Positions 1 to 13,945 of a stretch of 64,000 nt of DNA are shown here, one piece after another (position 1 is the stretch's first letter; the number at the start of each line of letters is the position of its first letter). Made by a program: the position numbers and the translations under genes. The DNA is taken from contig NC_043009.1 of assembly GCF_006345805.1 (NCBI RefSeq), positions 44,144,001-44,208,000 on the forward strand. Reading direction: 5' to 3'. The DNA comes from Octopus sinensis. Its lineage: Eukaryota. The notes below the pieces were generated by a model. That model had not been told where the DNA came from. It was given only the letters and a program-made list of their open reading frames with translations, and did not search any database.

Positions 1-129
1 ACAAGATAAATGAAAACAAAAGTAAGACTGTTAAGTCTTTTATGCTCCTAATGAAGATGAGGAAAGAGAGGGTTACGTGGGAGGGGGGTTGAGAGTACGG
101 GGGGGGGGGCAGAGAGTGGAGAGAACAGG

Positions 130-350
130 AGGCTGAGCAGAGACTTCTGTTGTTGTTGTTGCTTGATGATGGTCATTAAGTGTACTGGAATCTACAGTAA
201 GCTTACTGGCCTAAATCTGTTGTTATGGTTATTGTTGTTGTTGCCTTAACTTATAATTGGTCCTGAAATATTCACCACCAATGCCACCACCACCACCACC
301 ACCGACATCACCACCACCAGCATCATCATCACTAAGAACAACAGTAAAAC

Positions 351-383
<33 letters not shown>

Positions 384-514
384 CGAGAAAATATGTAAAA
401 TTTTGATGAAGGTAGCCTGTTATTTGGTGGCTTGGTGCACTTAATAACCAGCTGCTCCTGACAATATATCTTATATATATATATATATATACATACATAC
501 CTATATATATATAT

Positions 515-545
<31 letters not shown>

Positions 546-723
546 GGATCATCATATTATCACGCTAAATGAATGATGAATGATGATGATAATATATATA
601 TATATATATAATATATATATGTGTGTGTATATATATATATAGGTATGTATGTATGTATATATATATATATATATCATCATCATCATCATCATCATCGTTT
701 ATAGGTATGTATATATATAGGTA

Positions 724-779
<56 letters not shown>

Positions 780-1681
780 TATGTGTGTATATATATATAT
801 ATAGGTATGTATATAAACATGTGGCTGTGTGTATATAAAGTACATCTGTAAAGATAAGGATTCTTGTCAAAGAAGTGACAAGGCAGGGAAGTAAAATAAA
901 AATAATAAATAAAGGGAGGAAGGTGAGAGAAGAGACAAAAATGTGGGAGAGAAGGAGAGGGAATGGTGATAGTGGTGGTGGTGGTGGTGGTGGTGGTGGT
1001 AGTGCCATGTTAACTGAAGGAGGTTAAAGCATTGTCTTGAGAACTGGAGCATTTGGGTTTTAGTGCAAAAATCAGGATGCTGATGGTGGTGGTGGTGGGG
1101 TGGTGGTGGTGGAGGTTGTGGTGGTAGAGGTGCAGCTGCTAGTGGTGATGATGATGATGATGGAGGTTGTAGTGCTGGTGATGGTGATGATGATGATGAT
1201 GGTAGTAGTGGTGATAATGGTAACTGCAGTGATGATGATGAGTGTTGTGATGACATGGCCGATGATGACAGCAGCAGTGGTGGTGGTGGTGGTGATAATG
1301 ATGACAGCAATGATGGTGATGACAGTGTTGTGATGACATTGATGATGATGATAGCAGCAGTGGTGACAGTGGCAGTGGTGGTGGTGATGACAACAACGAT
1401 TGGTGATGACAGTGTTGTGATGACGTTGATGATGACAACCATTATCATCATCACCATGAAGATATGAAGATGGCAACGAGGAGGATGACGACAAACGTGA
1501 TGATGAGGATGAGGTAGGTGATGAGGAGGGCAACGGTGGTGGGAATGGTGTGATTAGCAAGTTTTGAGTGCACCTCCACCTCCACACAGCTGATGAAGAA
1601 GAGATAGCAGTATGCATACATATGCACACATATATATACAAATATATATACACATGTACACACGTACACACATATACAGAT

Positions 1682-1716
<35 letters not shown>

Positions 1717-1881
1717 CATACATGTACAAATATGCATATATATGCATACATATATATATACATACACATGTATGTATATACAAATGCACACACACACATA
1801 TATATATATACGTTTATACATACAAATGTACATATATATATACATACATATACATGTATACAAATATACATATATACCTAC

Positions 1882-1919
<38 letters not shown>

Positions 1920-2250
1920 ATACATATATACACATATGCACATGCACATACATATGCACACACCCATATACATACATGCATGCATACATACACACACACA
2001 CACACACCCATATACACAAATATATATATATTTTTCATATCCATGTGTATAAGCGACTGCGATGCACAAACAATAGACTGACTGACAGACAGACAGAAAG
2101 GTGTTTGTGTCTGTGTTGAAGACCAAAATGCTGCCACTGAGTGCAGTAATGTTACATGTGATGGATGTGTGTTCCAAATGCCTCCATACAATGGCCTTTA
2201 TGACGCAAGAGGGTGGCGGCGGTGGTGGTGGTGGTGGTGATGTAGTTGAT
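130..2250. repeat. Compound microsatellite field: (TA)n, (CA)n, (GGT)n, (GAT)n with short unique spacers
   Basis: Visible simple repeats; source of many spurious ORFs. Confidence 0.95.
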
Positions 2251-2285
2251 GGGAACCAGTCTTAATTCTTTGATATTTCAATATA

Positions 2286-2710
2286 GGCGCAGGAGTGGCT
2301 GTGTGGAAAGTAGCTTGTTTACCAACCACATGGCTCTGGGTTCAGTCCCACTGTGTGGCACCTTGGGCAAGTGTCTTCTACTATAGCCCCGGGCCGACCA
2401 AAGCCTTGTGAGTGGATTTGGTAGACGGAAACTGAAAGAAGCCCGTCGTATATATGTATATATCTATATATATGCGTGTGTGTGTTTGTGTGTCTGTGTT
2501 TGTCCCCCTAGCATTGCTTGACAACTGATGCTGGTGTGTTTATGTCCCCGTTACTTAGCGGTTCAGCAAAAGAGACCGATAGAATAAGTACTGGGATTAC
2601 AAAAGAATAAGTCCCGGGCTTACAAAAGAATAAGTCCCGGGGTCGAGTTGCTCGTTTAAAGGCGGTGCTCCAGCATGGCCGCAGTCAAATGACTGAACCA
2701 AGTAAAAGAG
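2286..2710 (+). mobile_element. tRNA-derived SINE, family A (GGCGCAGGAGTGGCTGTGTGG...TGACTGAA(A/C)CAAGTAAAAGA)
   Basis: Pol III A-box TGGCTGTGTGG and B-box GGTTCAGTCCC, internal (TA/TG)n; many further copies, e.g. ~7050-7390(-), 7780-8155(-), 8470-8845(+), 9045-9450(+), 9670-10075(-), 23255-23640(+), 36668-37025(+), 61135-61480(+). Confidence 0.9.
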
Positions 2711-3096
2711 TATATCAGAGTCAAAGAATGGAGCAGGGAATGGCTGAAAACAGAAGAATGCCAAAGTTAATATATCTCACACTACTTACTTTTGATTCTT
2801 CACATACCAAGTTCAAAACTCACCAGAGTCACCTTTAAATTCTTTCCTTTGAAGTTATCAAATTAATTAAATAAATTTGAAAACCTAAATTTCTCTTTTA
2901 TCCTAGAGGAGCATTTGTACTTTCACAACATATATCAGTCCTGATCATATCTATGATCATTGATATTTCCTTCTGACCTTGTGCTTTCCCTTCGAAAAAT
3001 TCAAGGACAGCGCCTGCATACATACATATGCACATAATACATACATATGTACATAATACATACATATGTACATACATACATATGTACATACATATG

Positions 3097-3133
<37 letters not shown>

Positions 3134-3869
3134 GTATGTACAAACATACATACATACACTGTGGGCCTCTTTCAGTTTCCATCCATCAAATCCACTCACA
3201 AAGTTTTGGACAGACTGGGAAACAGAAGACACTTTCCCAAGGCACTATGCAGTGGAACTGAACCTAAAACCACATGGTTGAGAAGAATTTCCAACCATAA
3301 GTTTCAGTTGTTTGGTAACTAACTACTAATTCAATGAATAGGTGTGTAAGTGGCCAAGTATTCCATAGACATGTGTACCCTTAATCTTCAGGCAGAATCA
3401 GTGTGACAATGTGTGTCAAAAGTGACCCCTTAAATTACAGGTACGATCCATCAGAAGAGCTTCCACACAGTTTCCATCTACCCTATTTCACTAACAAAAT
3501 AAACACCTTTAATCTCATTATCCTTTATTGGTTCCAGTCATCAGACTGGTCATGCTGGAGAAACACTATGAAGAGTTTTAGTTGATTTTATCAACCTCAC
3601 CCCCAGCCCCGCCTCTCCAGTACTTGTCTGAGCCTTCTTTTATTGACCTCACAGAAAAACTGAAAAGTAAAGTCAAGTAGTTGTAACTGAGACAGAACAA
3701 AATACTCAGTGGCATTTTCATTTGCCATTTATTTTGCCATTCCATGCTGACAAACTCACACACACACTCATTATAATCAGTACCCCCTCACTCATTCCCT
3801 ATTGCTGTCTTTCACTTTTACCATACATTCTTGCAACACTTACCCACCCAAACTTCCAATTCTGTACCC

Positions 3870-4470
3870 ATTCACTTCTATTTACCAACATTCGGAATGC
3901 TCACAGCAGCCATATTCCTACCGCTCTATGTCACGCTGGTGAGACCCATATTGGAGTACAGGATTCAAGCCTCTTCTCCTTATCTCCTCAAAGACATACA
4001 TCATCTGGAAAGAGTTCAAAAGCTGGCTACCCGCATGGTTCTTGGTCTCAAGCATTTGTCTTATGAAGAAAGGCTGAAGACGCTCGACCTTTATTCTCTA
4101 GAAAAACGACGACGACGTGGTGATCTCATTCTTGCTCACAACATCATAAGCGAAAAGTATAACCTCTCGAAAGAGCTGTTCTTCACTCCTGCTCCAGAGC
4201 ATCGGCTGCGGGGTCACTCCGAAAAGCTCTATCTGCGACGATTTCATCTCAATCGAAGGAGAGGGGCTTTCTCCGTCCGGGTTGCGGATCCGTGGAATAA
4301 GCTGCCGGACGAGATAGTGAAGATGCCGACGACCACTCGGTTCAAAGTCTCCCTTGACTACAAATGGCCTGAACTCTTTACATGAACACCACCCTGTTCA
4401 TAACTCCATGTTCCCCTACATGGCCTTGCTTTTTGCTTTTTGAGCCCAAAAATTAACTAACTAACTAACT
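3870..4470 (+). mobile_element. 5'-truncated CR1-clade LINE: ORF2 C-terminus, 3' UTR and (CTAA)n tail
   Basis: ORF 3831-4385 has LVRPILEY..WSPY-like, LERVQK.ATRMV.GL..LSYEERLK.L.LYSLEKRR.RGDLI and FS.RV..PWNKLP; tail at ~4452-4470. Confidence 0.9.
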
Positions 4471-4639
4471 TGTACCTTCACTATCCACCCAACTACTTCA
4501 TCCCCAATATTTTATCTCCTTTCCAGCTCCACCTGGTATTCCTGTCTTCTCTTCTATGATATAAGTAGTTATAGAGCTCACCTACAGTGTAGAAAAGAAA
4601 AACTTGTCTTGTTATGGCCCCTTCTCTCATAATTTAATC

Positions 4640-5110
4640 TCTCAAAACTCTACTTGTGAAGACCTGTTGAGGCAAGTGAGAATCGAAATCGATCAACATC
4701 AATGGAAATTGTAGCTGTGATACCAGTGCCGGTGGCACATAAGAGAACCATCCGAACGTGGCCGTTGCCAGCACCGCCCCGACTGGCCTCGTGCTGGTGG
4801 CACGTGAAAAGCACCATCCATTCGTGGTCATTGCCAGCCTCACCTGGCCCCCGTGCTGGTGGCACGTAAAAAGCACCATCCAATCGTGGCCGTTTGCCAG
4901 CCCCGTCTGGCACCTGTGTTGGTGACACGTAAAAAGCACCCACTACACTCACGGAGTGGTTGGTGTTAGAAAGGGCATCCAGCCGTAGAAACATTGCCAG
5001 ATCAGACTGGGCCTGGTGCAGCCTTCTGACTTCCCAGACCCCAGTTGAACCATCCAACCCATGCTAGCATGGAAAGCGGACGCTAAACGATGATGATGAT
5101 GATGATGATG
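4640..5110 (+). mobile_element. Family B retroelement 3' end (SINE or truncated RTE-type LINE) with internal GGCACGTAAAAAGCACC repeats and (GAT)n tail
   Basis: Conserved block GGTTGG(C/T)GTTAG(G/A)AAGGGCATCCAGC...GCATGGAAAGCGGACG(T/C)TAAACGATGATG; copies at ~12470-12790(-), 20080-20295(+), 22350-22830(-), 32950-33250(+), 39100-39495(+), 47815-48225(-), 57240-57590(+), 61835-62125(-), 62335-62505(+), 63600-63915(-). Confidence 0.85.
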
Positions 5111-5707
5111 ATCTCTGGGCATAAAGCTGCCTCCTGCCCTACTGTAACCCTACTCAGCTGAAATGGATCTTTAGTCTTGGAAGCAGCTTGGTGTCTCACT
5201 TGTGCTGGTGCCATGAAAAAAACACCCAGTACACTCTGTAAAGCGGTTGGAGTTAGGAAGAATCTGTACCAAAGTAGACACTGAAGCACAATATAGTCTT
5301 CAGACCAGTCAGATCCTATCAAATTGTCCAAGCATAGAAGACAGATATTAAAAAATGATGATGGTTGCTTTGACTTTGCCTCGAGCCCTCAGCACTTGAT
5401 ATGGTTGTGGGGTCTCTACTGTGACATACGGTATGTCTTGGGTACTTTTTATCCTGGTGGTACCCATCCCTCTCTAAGTCTAACCACAGTTGATTTCTTC
5501 CAGAAGAAAGACAGACAAGACAAGAGAGAGAGAGTGAGAAAAAGAGTAGTATCAACCCCAGTACAGGGCTGGTACTTTATCAAGTCCCAAAGGATGAAAG
5601 GCAAACTTGACCTTGGTGGGATTTGAAATCAGGACACGCAGAACTAGAACATGAACTTCTGCAAGGCAACTGACCTGGTGCTCTAACAGTTCAGCCACTT
5701 CACTACC

Positions 5708-5740
<33 letters not shown>

Positions 5741-7132
5741 TATACATGTGTGAATGTGTCTATGTATGTGTGCATGAGTGTGTCTATGCATGCATGTGTG
5801 TGTTTATGTATGCATGCATGTGTGTGCCTATGTATGCCTAATGTGTGTGTCTATACATGTGTGAGTGTCTATGTATGCATGCATGTGTATGTGTGTGTCT
5901 ATGTATCCAATGTATGTGTCTATATATGTGTGTGTGAATGAGTCATGAGCTTCCACACAGTTTTTATTACCTGACCCTAGGGCTAACGTAAAAGATTTTC
6001 ACCCAAGTGTCGCACTCCAGGATTGAACCCTGAAACCTCACGACTGCAAAGTACAGTGAACATCTTAAACAACACAGCCATACTTATGAGACCAAATTCT
6101 TAACCACACCACCATCATAAAAAAAAGCTGCAGGAACCAATTTTTTTGTGTTTTTCATTTTCCTACTGCTTGAAAGTTCTACAGAAGAGAAGAGAAAGCT
6201 GAAAAATAGAAACACTAGGAACTGTTGTCTGTTTAGCAATGTTTAGAACTGTTGTTCTTGGGAACAAAGAGATATCTGTCACTGTGCCAAACAAACAAAT
6301 AACTCTGTGTATTATATATATTATAATATACACCAAGGCATGATGAAATGGTGTCATCCCGCATCTTGTTCTTGTTCTTCAGCCAAAGCAGAGCAAAGTA
6401 AAGTGTTTAAGTTGTAGCGCATGTAGCTTGTGAATGGTTTAACAGTAATCATCTAACCGATGGTTTAATGAGATAAACACCATAACACTCTTCCTAATGA
6501 AAAGAATTATTATTCTCCTAGGTGACTGTATGCTGATGATGATGATGAGGAGGAGGAGGGAGAGATTATGATGGTAAGTATGATGAGGATGAGGAGGAGA
6601 GAAGAGGTTTATGATGGTGATGATGATGACAATGATTATGAGGAAGAGGGTGGTAATAACAATGATGATAAATATGAAGATGATGATGATGATAAAGAGT
6701 TGGGAAGAATGGTAATAACAGTGATGAAACTGATGATAACGACAATGATTACAAGAAGGATGGTGATGTCAATGATGATGATGATCATCATCATCATCAT
6801 CATCATGATCTGGAGGAGAAGAAGGTTGACCCACAGCATGGGTCACCAAACTACAGCCCACGGCATCAATTTGTCCAGCCCGCCAATGTATGCTGAAAAA
6901 AATAAACATGTTTTTATACTGCTTCTTACACTTCTTAGATTACGCATGTTGTATGTATACTGAGTCAGTCACATCCACGCGCTACGTATTTCGCGCTCCG
7001 TGATAATTACTACAGTACATCACGTGTGCCTCAGGCTTGTCGGTTATTAGTGATTACAATAAAAACAAGAATATCTGACGACATCGGTTGTCAAGCGATG
7101 TTGGGGGGACAAACATAAACACACAAACATAT

Positions 7133-7223
<91 letters not shown>

Positions 7224-8149
7224 TACAACGGGTCTCTTTCAGTTTCCATCTACCAAATCCACTCACAAGGCTTTGGTCACCCCGAGGTTATAGTAGAAGA
7301 CATTTGCCCAAGGTGCCACGCAGTGGGAATGAACCCGGAACAATGTGGTTGGTAAGCAAGCTACTTACCACACAGCCACTCCTGCGCCTAATGTTTAGTT
7401 TGAACTGTAGCAACTTAATAATAGGTGAGTGAGTGGCAGTAGGGGGGGGGGACATAGATCTGGAGTGAGGCCCAGAGAAATATGCCTGGTGACTGCAAAG
7501 GTTGAGAAAAGTATTCAGTGTTGAGAGACTCAAGGTAGGAAGGGAGAAAACAAGAGAGTTGAAGTGGAGTTCAGGTCAATAAGTTCAGTAAGTGCTGGGA
7601 CTGTTATCACAACAGTGGTTGTTGTTAAAACCCCAGGTTAAAACTGACTGGCAAAACCCATGAGAAAAGGTGTTACTCCAGGGAGCTTCCTGCCTTTTTT
7701 TATATATTTTCATCCTAGCATGGTATATCCAGGACTACAAAATATCCAGTTTATCTCTTTCTTTTTTTATATATACTCTTTTTACCATCTTTTCACTCTT
7801 TTACTTGTTTCAGTCATTTGACTGTGGCCATGCTGGAGCACCGAGCAAATTGACCCCAGGAACTTATGCTTTGTAAGCCTAGTACTTATTCTATCCGTCT
7901 CTTTGTTCTGAACTGCTAAGTTACGGGGGACGTAAACACACTAGCATCGGTTGTCGAGCGATGTTGGGGGGAGAAACACAGACACACAAACATACACACA
8001 CACACACACATACATACATATCCACTCACAAGGCTTTGGTCAGCCCGAGGCTATAGAAGAAGACACTTGTCCAAGGTGCCACGCAGTGGGACTGAACCCG
8101 GAACCATGTGGTTGGTAAGCAAGTTACTTACCACACAGCCACTCCTACG

Positions 8150-8208
<59 letters not shown>

Positions 8209-8601
8209 GACCTCCTGATATTTGTTTTGTTTATTTCAGGGGGATCTAGAGGCAGGACTAAGATATTGTAATCCTATGCAATAATTCTTCAGTCAATGAC
8301 AGGGGTCTCCAACTGGCCCCTGGACAACAGTCTCTAAGGCTCTTACCTTAAATCAGTGCTGAAGGGATGAATAGCAGGATTTTAGACACAAAACAAAATG
8401 GTACAAAGCATCTAGTCTGGTGGTCTCCAAGAAGAAAATCTATGCAAATGCAAGATTAATGCATAACCAACCACATGGTTCTGGGTTCAGTCCCACTGCA
8501 TGGCATCTTGGGCAAGTGTCTTCTGCTATAGCCCTGGGCCGACCAATGCCTTGTGAGTGGATTTGGTAGACGGAAACTGAAAGAAACCTGTCGTATATAT
8601 G

Positions 8602-8642
<41 letters not shown>

Positions 8643-9205
8643 CTGTGTGTGTCTGTGTTTGTCCCCCTAGCATTGCTTGACAACCGATGCTGGTGTGTTT
8701 ACGTCCCCGTTACTTAGCGGTTCGGCAAAAGAGACCGATAGAATAAGTACTGGGCTTACAAAGAATAAGTCCCGGGGTCGATTTGCTTGACTAAAGGCGG
8801 TGCTCCAGCATGGCCGCAGTCAAATGACTGAACCAAGTAAAAGAAAGAAAGAAAGAAAGAATCCAAAAAATGTAAAATAATTAATAAAAATTTCTTAAAA
8901 AATATACAAAAACAAAAACAACGTACCCATTTTCAGATGCGGTTTTGGCAGGAATCAGAGTTTCAGAGGCTGAAAAGATAAAAGGTAGAAAATGTAAGGA
9001 ATAAACAACCCATAAAAGGCACAAAATGAAATAAATTGCATAATGAGTGCAGGCATGGCTGTGTGGTAAGAAGTTTGTTTCCCAATCACTCGGTTCCAGG
9101 TTCAGTCCCACTGTGTGGCACCTTGGGCAAGCATCTTCTACTCTAGCTTCGGGCTAACCAAAGCTTTGTGAATGGATTTAGTAGACAGAAACTGAGAGAA
9201 GCCCA

Positions 9206-9256
<51 letters not shown>

Positions 9257-9863
9257 TTCCCCCACCACCACTTGACAACCAGTGCTTGTGTGTTTACATC
9301 CACGTAACTCAGGGGTTCAGCAAAAGAAACCCACAGAATAAGTAACCAGGCTTAAAAAATAAGTACAGGAGTTGATTCATTTGACTAAAAAATTCTCTAA
9401 GGCAGTGCCCCAGCATGGCCACAGCCAAATGACTGTAACAAGTAAAAGAAGAAAAAAAATAATTTAGATAAATTGTTTATAAAGGTTATACATTTAAAGG
9501 GTTCAAAAATCAAATGTCACTCTCACAAGGTTCGGAGTCATAGTAGAAGGCACTTTCCCAAGGTATCAGGCAGTGGAACTGAACCCCAAAATCATTTGGC
9601 TGGCAAGCAAACTTCTTAACCACACAGCCATGCCTTCCTCAACTTATGTTACTTTGAGTTATGTCTTTCAGTCATTTGACTGCAGCCATGCTGGAGCACC
9701 GCCTTTAATCGAGCAACTTGACCCTGGGACTTATTCTTTTGTAAGCCCAGTACTTATTCTATCGGTCTCTTTTGCCGAACCGCTAAGTAACGGGGACATA
9801 AACACACCAGCATCGGTTGTCAAGCAATGTTAGGGGACAAACACAGACACACAAACACACACA

Positions 9864-9946
<83 letters not shown>

Positions 9947-10370
9947 TACGACGGGCTTCTTTCAGTTTCCATCTACCAAATCCACTCACAAGGCTTTGGT
10001 CGGCCCAAGGCTATAGTAGAAGACACTTGCCCAAGGTGCCACGCAGTGGGACTGAACCCGGAACCATGTGGTTGGTATTTTTTAAAAGAAATTAATGGGA
10101 AAAATATGAACCTCATATTTTTCCCATTAATTTCTTTTAAAAAATACCTCAACGCCAACAAACATATTTAAAAGTATAAACATTTTAAGAAAACACACCT
10201 AAAATTCAATACTGAAAAGGAAAATCAAATAAAATACATGTGCAAATATGTACAAATCTTTTATGAAAACAGACATAAGCTAATAAATTTTTTGAAGAAA
10301 TGTTTCCTCATGCTACATTGTATTTTGAGTTAAGTTGCATGTCTTAGATCCAATTATAGACATATGTTAA

Positions 10371-10590
10371 CCCTTTAGCATTCAGATTATTCTATAAAAT
10401 GTAAAGCTTATGTATTCACACCATGTAAAATTAATCTTTTATCATTTCATGGCTTTGAGATTTCAATGATGTGATTCTTTATTTTTAAAATGACACAATA
10501 AGATAGCTATGAATGACTATATCTGACTAGTTTGAACATAAAATAGGTAGAATATTTTAGCCGGATATGGCCAGTTTAAACACTAAAGGG
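10371..10590. mobile_element. piggyBac-type MITE (TTAA|CCCTTTAG...CTAAAGGG|TTAA)
   Basis: TTAA at 10367-10370 and 10591-10594, CCC/GGG termini; related copies near 30246-30460, 55450-55830 and 57856-58074. Confidence 0.75.
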
Positions 10591-11613
10591 TTAAGGATGA
10601 TGATGGTGGTGGTGGTGGTGGCGGTGGTGTATGTGTGTGTGTGTGTGTGTAGGTGCAGGTGTGGTAAGAAGTTTGCTTCCCAATCACAAGGCTCTGGGTT
10701 CAGTCTCACTGCATAGCACCTTGGGTAAGTATCTTCTACAATAGCCTCAAGACAACCAAACCTTGTGAGTGGATTTGGTAGATGGAAACTGAAAGAAGCC
10801 TGTTATATATATTTATACATGCGCACACACACACACACACATGCTCTGGGTTCAGTCCCACTGCATAGCACCTTGGGTAAGTATCTTCTACAATAGCCTC
10901 AAGCCAACCAAACCTTGTGAGTGGATTTGGTAGATGGAAACTGAAAGAAGCCTGTTATGTATATTTATACATGCACGCACACACACACACACACACATAC
11001 ACACACATATGTGTGTGTGTGTCTTTGTGTCCCCACTACCAGTGGTGGTAATGATGGTGATAGTAGTAATGGTGGTGGCTTCTTTCAATTTCCATCTTCA
11101 AAATCCACTCACAAGGCCTTGGTAAGCCTGGGGTTATAGTAGAAAACACTTGCCCAAGGTATCCTGCAATGGAACTGAAAAAAAAAAAGGATGGGATGAT
11201 CATAGCTTATCTCAACAGCACCATCAACAACAACAACAGCCCTGAATTATGATATATCTATGCTATGCAAGTAGAATCATTTGTTTTCACACCAAACTAA
11301 TGAGGTTTACAACATTTTGGTGGTGACTCACCACTTGTGAAACACTGACCCAAGAGAATTTTCTAGAAGAATTAAAGACAAAAGCCTTTTGAGGGAACAA
11401 ACTTATCTGGGAAGGTGCTTTAGTGCAAAGCTATTACCCCACTTGCTTTTATTATTTTTTTTGTTTATGATCAAAAAAGTTCTTAGTTCAGATGCTATAA
11501 TAGTCTGTGTTCATGTAAGATTCCTTAAAACATAATTCTCAAGAAGAGATACATATGTAAAAACATAATAAAATAATAAGAAAAGAAGAGAAAAAATCAA
11601 CAAAAATAAAATA

Positions 11614-11644
<31 letters not shown>

Positions 11645-13254
11645 AAGAGGAACTTTGACATCAAATGGGTCAAATGTATGCCAGGACAGTGCACTTGTAG
11701 GAAGATCAAAAATAAGGTGGGAACCCCAAAGATCTGTATTTTTAGAATAACACAGTTAAGGAATATGACTAGCACAGTACAACAGTGAACTTCAATTATG
11801 AAAGAGAAAATACAAAGAAAAGAAAGAAGGGATAAGGAGTGGGGGACAAAACGTCCTCAGATTCACTGATGCGAGACAAATTGTCTGTTTTCTTTTATTC
11901 TTTGTTTTGGTTTTGGTTATGGTTTTTGTTTGAGATTTTGAAGAGACAATTAAGTGCAGCTTATAAGAATTAGAGCTGTCAGAATACTTGAGTGTACTGA
12001 ACAACTTGTAGATTCTTTGTATAAAGGAACAATGTGTTATGAACCAATTTAATAGATGCTGCTGCTAGCGGAATTGGCTTGCATGTGAAGGACAGGCTGT
12101 AAAAACCATTTAGGTGAGGTCAATGTTTTCGTGAATCTGTGTTATGCATTAAGAGTTCATTTGTGTGTGTGGTGGCAACAACATGTGCTTCTTTGTGAGA
12201 AAGAGTGAAAGAAAAAGAGAGAAAAAGAGTGTGTGTATGTGGTGTGTGTGTGTGTGTGTGTGCATATAATAAAAAATAACAGAGTTAGAGACGAAAATAC
12301 ATCATCTTCATTTTAAATTCCTCCACTCTGGGCTTGCATGGGTCAGATAGAGTTTACTAAAGTAGGCTTTTAACAGTCAGATGCCCTTCCTGTTTCCAAC
12401 CCTCACCTGTTTCCAAGCAAGGTAAAATTTCCACATGACCAGACATGTTTTTGTAGAATGTCATTCGTTCATCGTCATCGTTTAGCGTCCACTTTCCATG
12501 CTGGCATGGGTTGGACAGTGCAACTGGGGTCTGGGAAGCCAGAAGGCTGCACCAGGCCCAGTCTGATCTGGCAATGTTTCTACGGCTGGATGCCCTTCCT
12601 AACGCCAACCACTCCATGAGTGTAGTGGGTGCTTTTTACGTGCCACCGGCACAGGTGCCAGACGAGGCTGGCAAATGGCCACAATCGGATGGTGCTTTTT
12701 ACATGCCACCGGCACGGAGGCCAGGCAAGGCTGGCAAACGACCGGTGGCTGGCGAATGGCCCGAGGCTGGCGAACGGCCCGAGGCTGGCGAACAGCCCGA
12801 GACTGGCGAACCATTTCCAATAATCACACAATCACGACAAGGAGACAAAACGCACACATGCAATGAACCTCTTTCAGTTTCCATCTACCAAATTCACTCA
12901 CAAGGCTTTGGGGCTTTGGTTAGCCCAGGGTTATAGTAGAAGACATTTGCCAAAGGTGCTATGCCCCAAACTGAGCCCCAAACCATGTGGTTTGGAAGGA
13001 AATTTCTTAACCACACAGTTATGTGTGTGTATTAATGAGTGAATGTATATATGTAACAAAAACAAATAAGAGACAAGTATGCACATACATCATCACCATC
13101 ATCATTTGACGTCCATTTTCCATGCTGGAATGTGTTGGAGAGATTGATAGTAGCTGGCAAGCCAGAGAGCTGCACCAGGCTTCAATTGTCTATTTTGGCA
13201 AGGTTTCTACAGCTGATGCCCTTTTTAGTGCTAACCACTTTACATAACTTCCCT

Positions 13255-13705
13255 GGGCATGGACACATTGAAACTCCGACATCTGGCAGCTGACTTGGCA
13301 GACACCCATAAAATTATCAACCATCTTACAAACAATAACTTTGAGCACCTTTCAAACTCCACCCGTCTAACACCCGTGGACATACTTACAAAGTCAGAAA
13401 ACAGCATAGCTCCCATGACTTTAGGAAACATTTTTTCACGCTGAGAGTTGCTGAAGCATGGAACAAACTGCCAGCATCAGTTGTTAGTTGTCGGAGCACT
13501 GCATCCTTCAAAACTTCCATGCTTTCTGAGATTCGCCAACACTACACCTGATTTTCTCCCCTCCATACACACACAAGCATGTATCTGACTCATACATTGT
13601 TCGCTTTCCAGACATTTGTACATTACTGCATATATTCTGTACACACTTTCTGACAAGTTGTGGTGCACCTGAGCACTGTATACAATAATTTCATTATTAT
13701 TATAA
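13255..13705 (+). mobile_element. CR1/L2-group LINE 3' fragment with (ATT)n tail
   Basis: Frameshifted LADTHKII...TRGHTYKVRKQHSSHDFRKHFFTLRVAEAWNKLP. Confidence 0.8.
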
Positions 13706-13714
13706 TAAATGTGC

Positions 13715-13945
13715 AAAAAAAACCAAAGTCTTAGTAAGTAGGACGGCTGACAAATCACAAACCTCTTCAGGTAGATGGCCCTGTTCAATCTGTAGAAAAG
13801 ACATGGGTAGAAACTCCATACGATGTACCCGGTGTAAGCAATGGACATATAAAAGGGGCAGCAATATCAAAGGAAGGTTAACCAGAAAGATAGTTTATGT
13901 GTGTAGCAGATGTACAGGGGCAATAAACACTGAAGACATCCACTG
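13715..13945 (+). mobile_element. RTE-type LINE ORF fragment with Cys-rich finger (SGRWPCSICRKDMGRNSIRCTRCKQWTYKR...VYVCSRC)
   Basis: Manual translation; same family as the minus-strand fragment at 32090-32640. Confidence 0.7.

Noticed and set aside
2085-2210. Cys-containing unique island (CVEDQNAATECSNVTCDGC) and a similar one at ~11650-11780
   Set aside because: No convincing splice sites or recognisable domain on either strand
2286-2360. tRNA gene
   Set aside because: A/B boxes belong to SINE heads; there is no complete cloverleaf and SINE body sequence follows
2898-3013. Possible ALKBH8 terminal exon (SAVLEFFEGKAQ...PLG*)
   Set aside because: In frame, but the acceptor lies in microsatellite with no pyrimidine tract and no homology; unsupported without RNA data
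229-3322. Numerous YI/CV/HT-rich and poly-M/V/H ORFs
   Set aside because: Translations of (TA)n, (CA)n, (GAT)n and (GGT)n microsatellites
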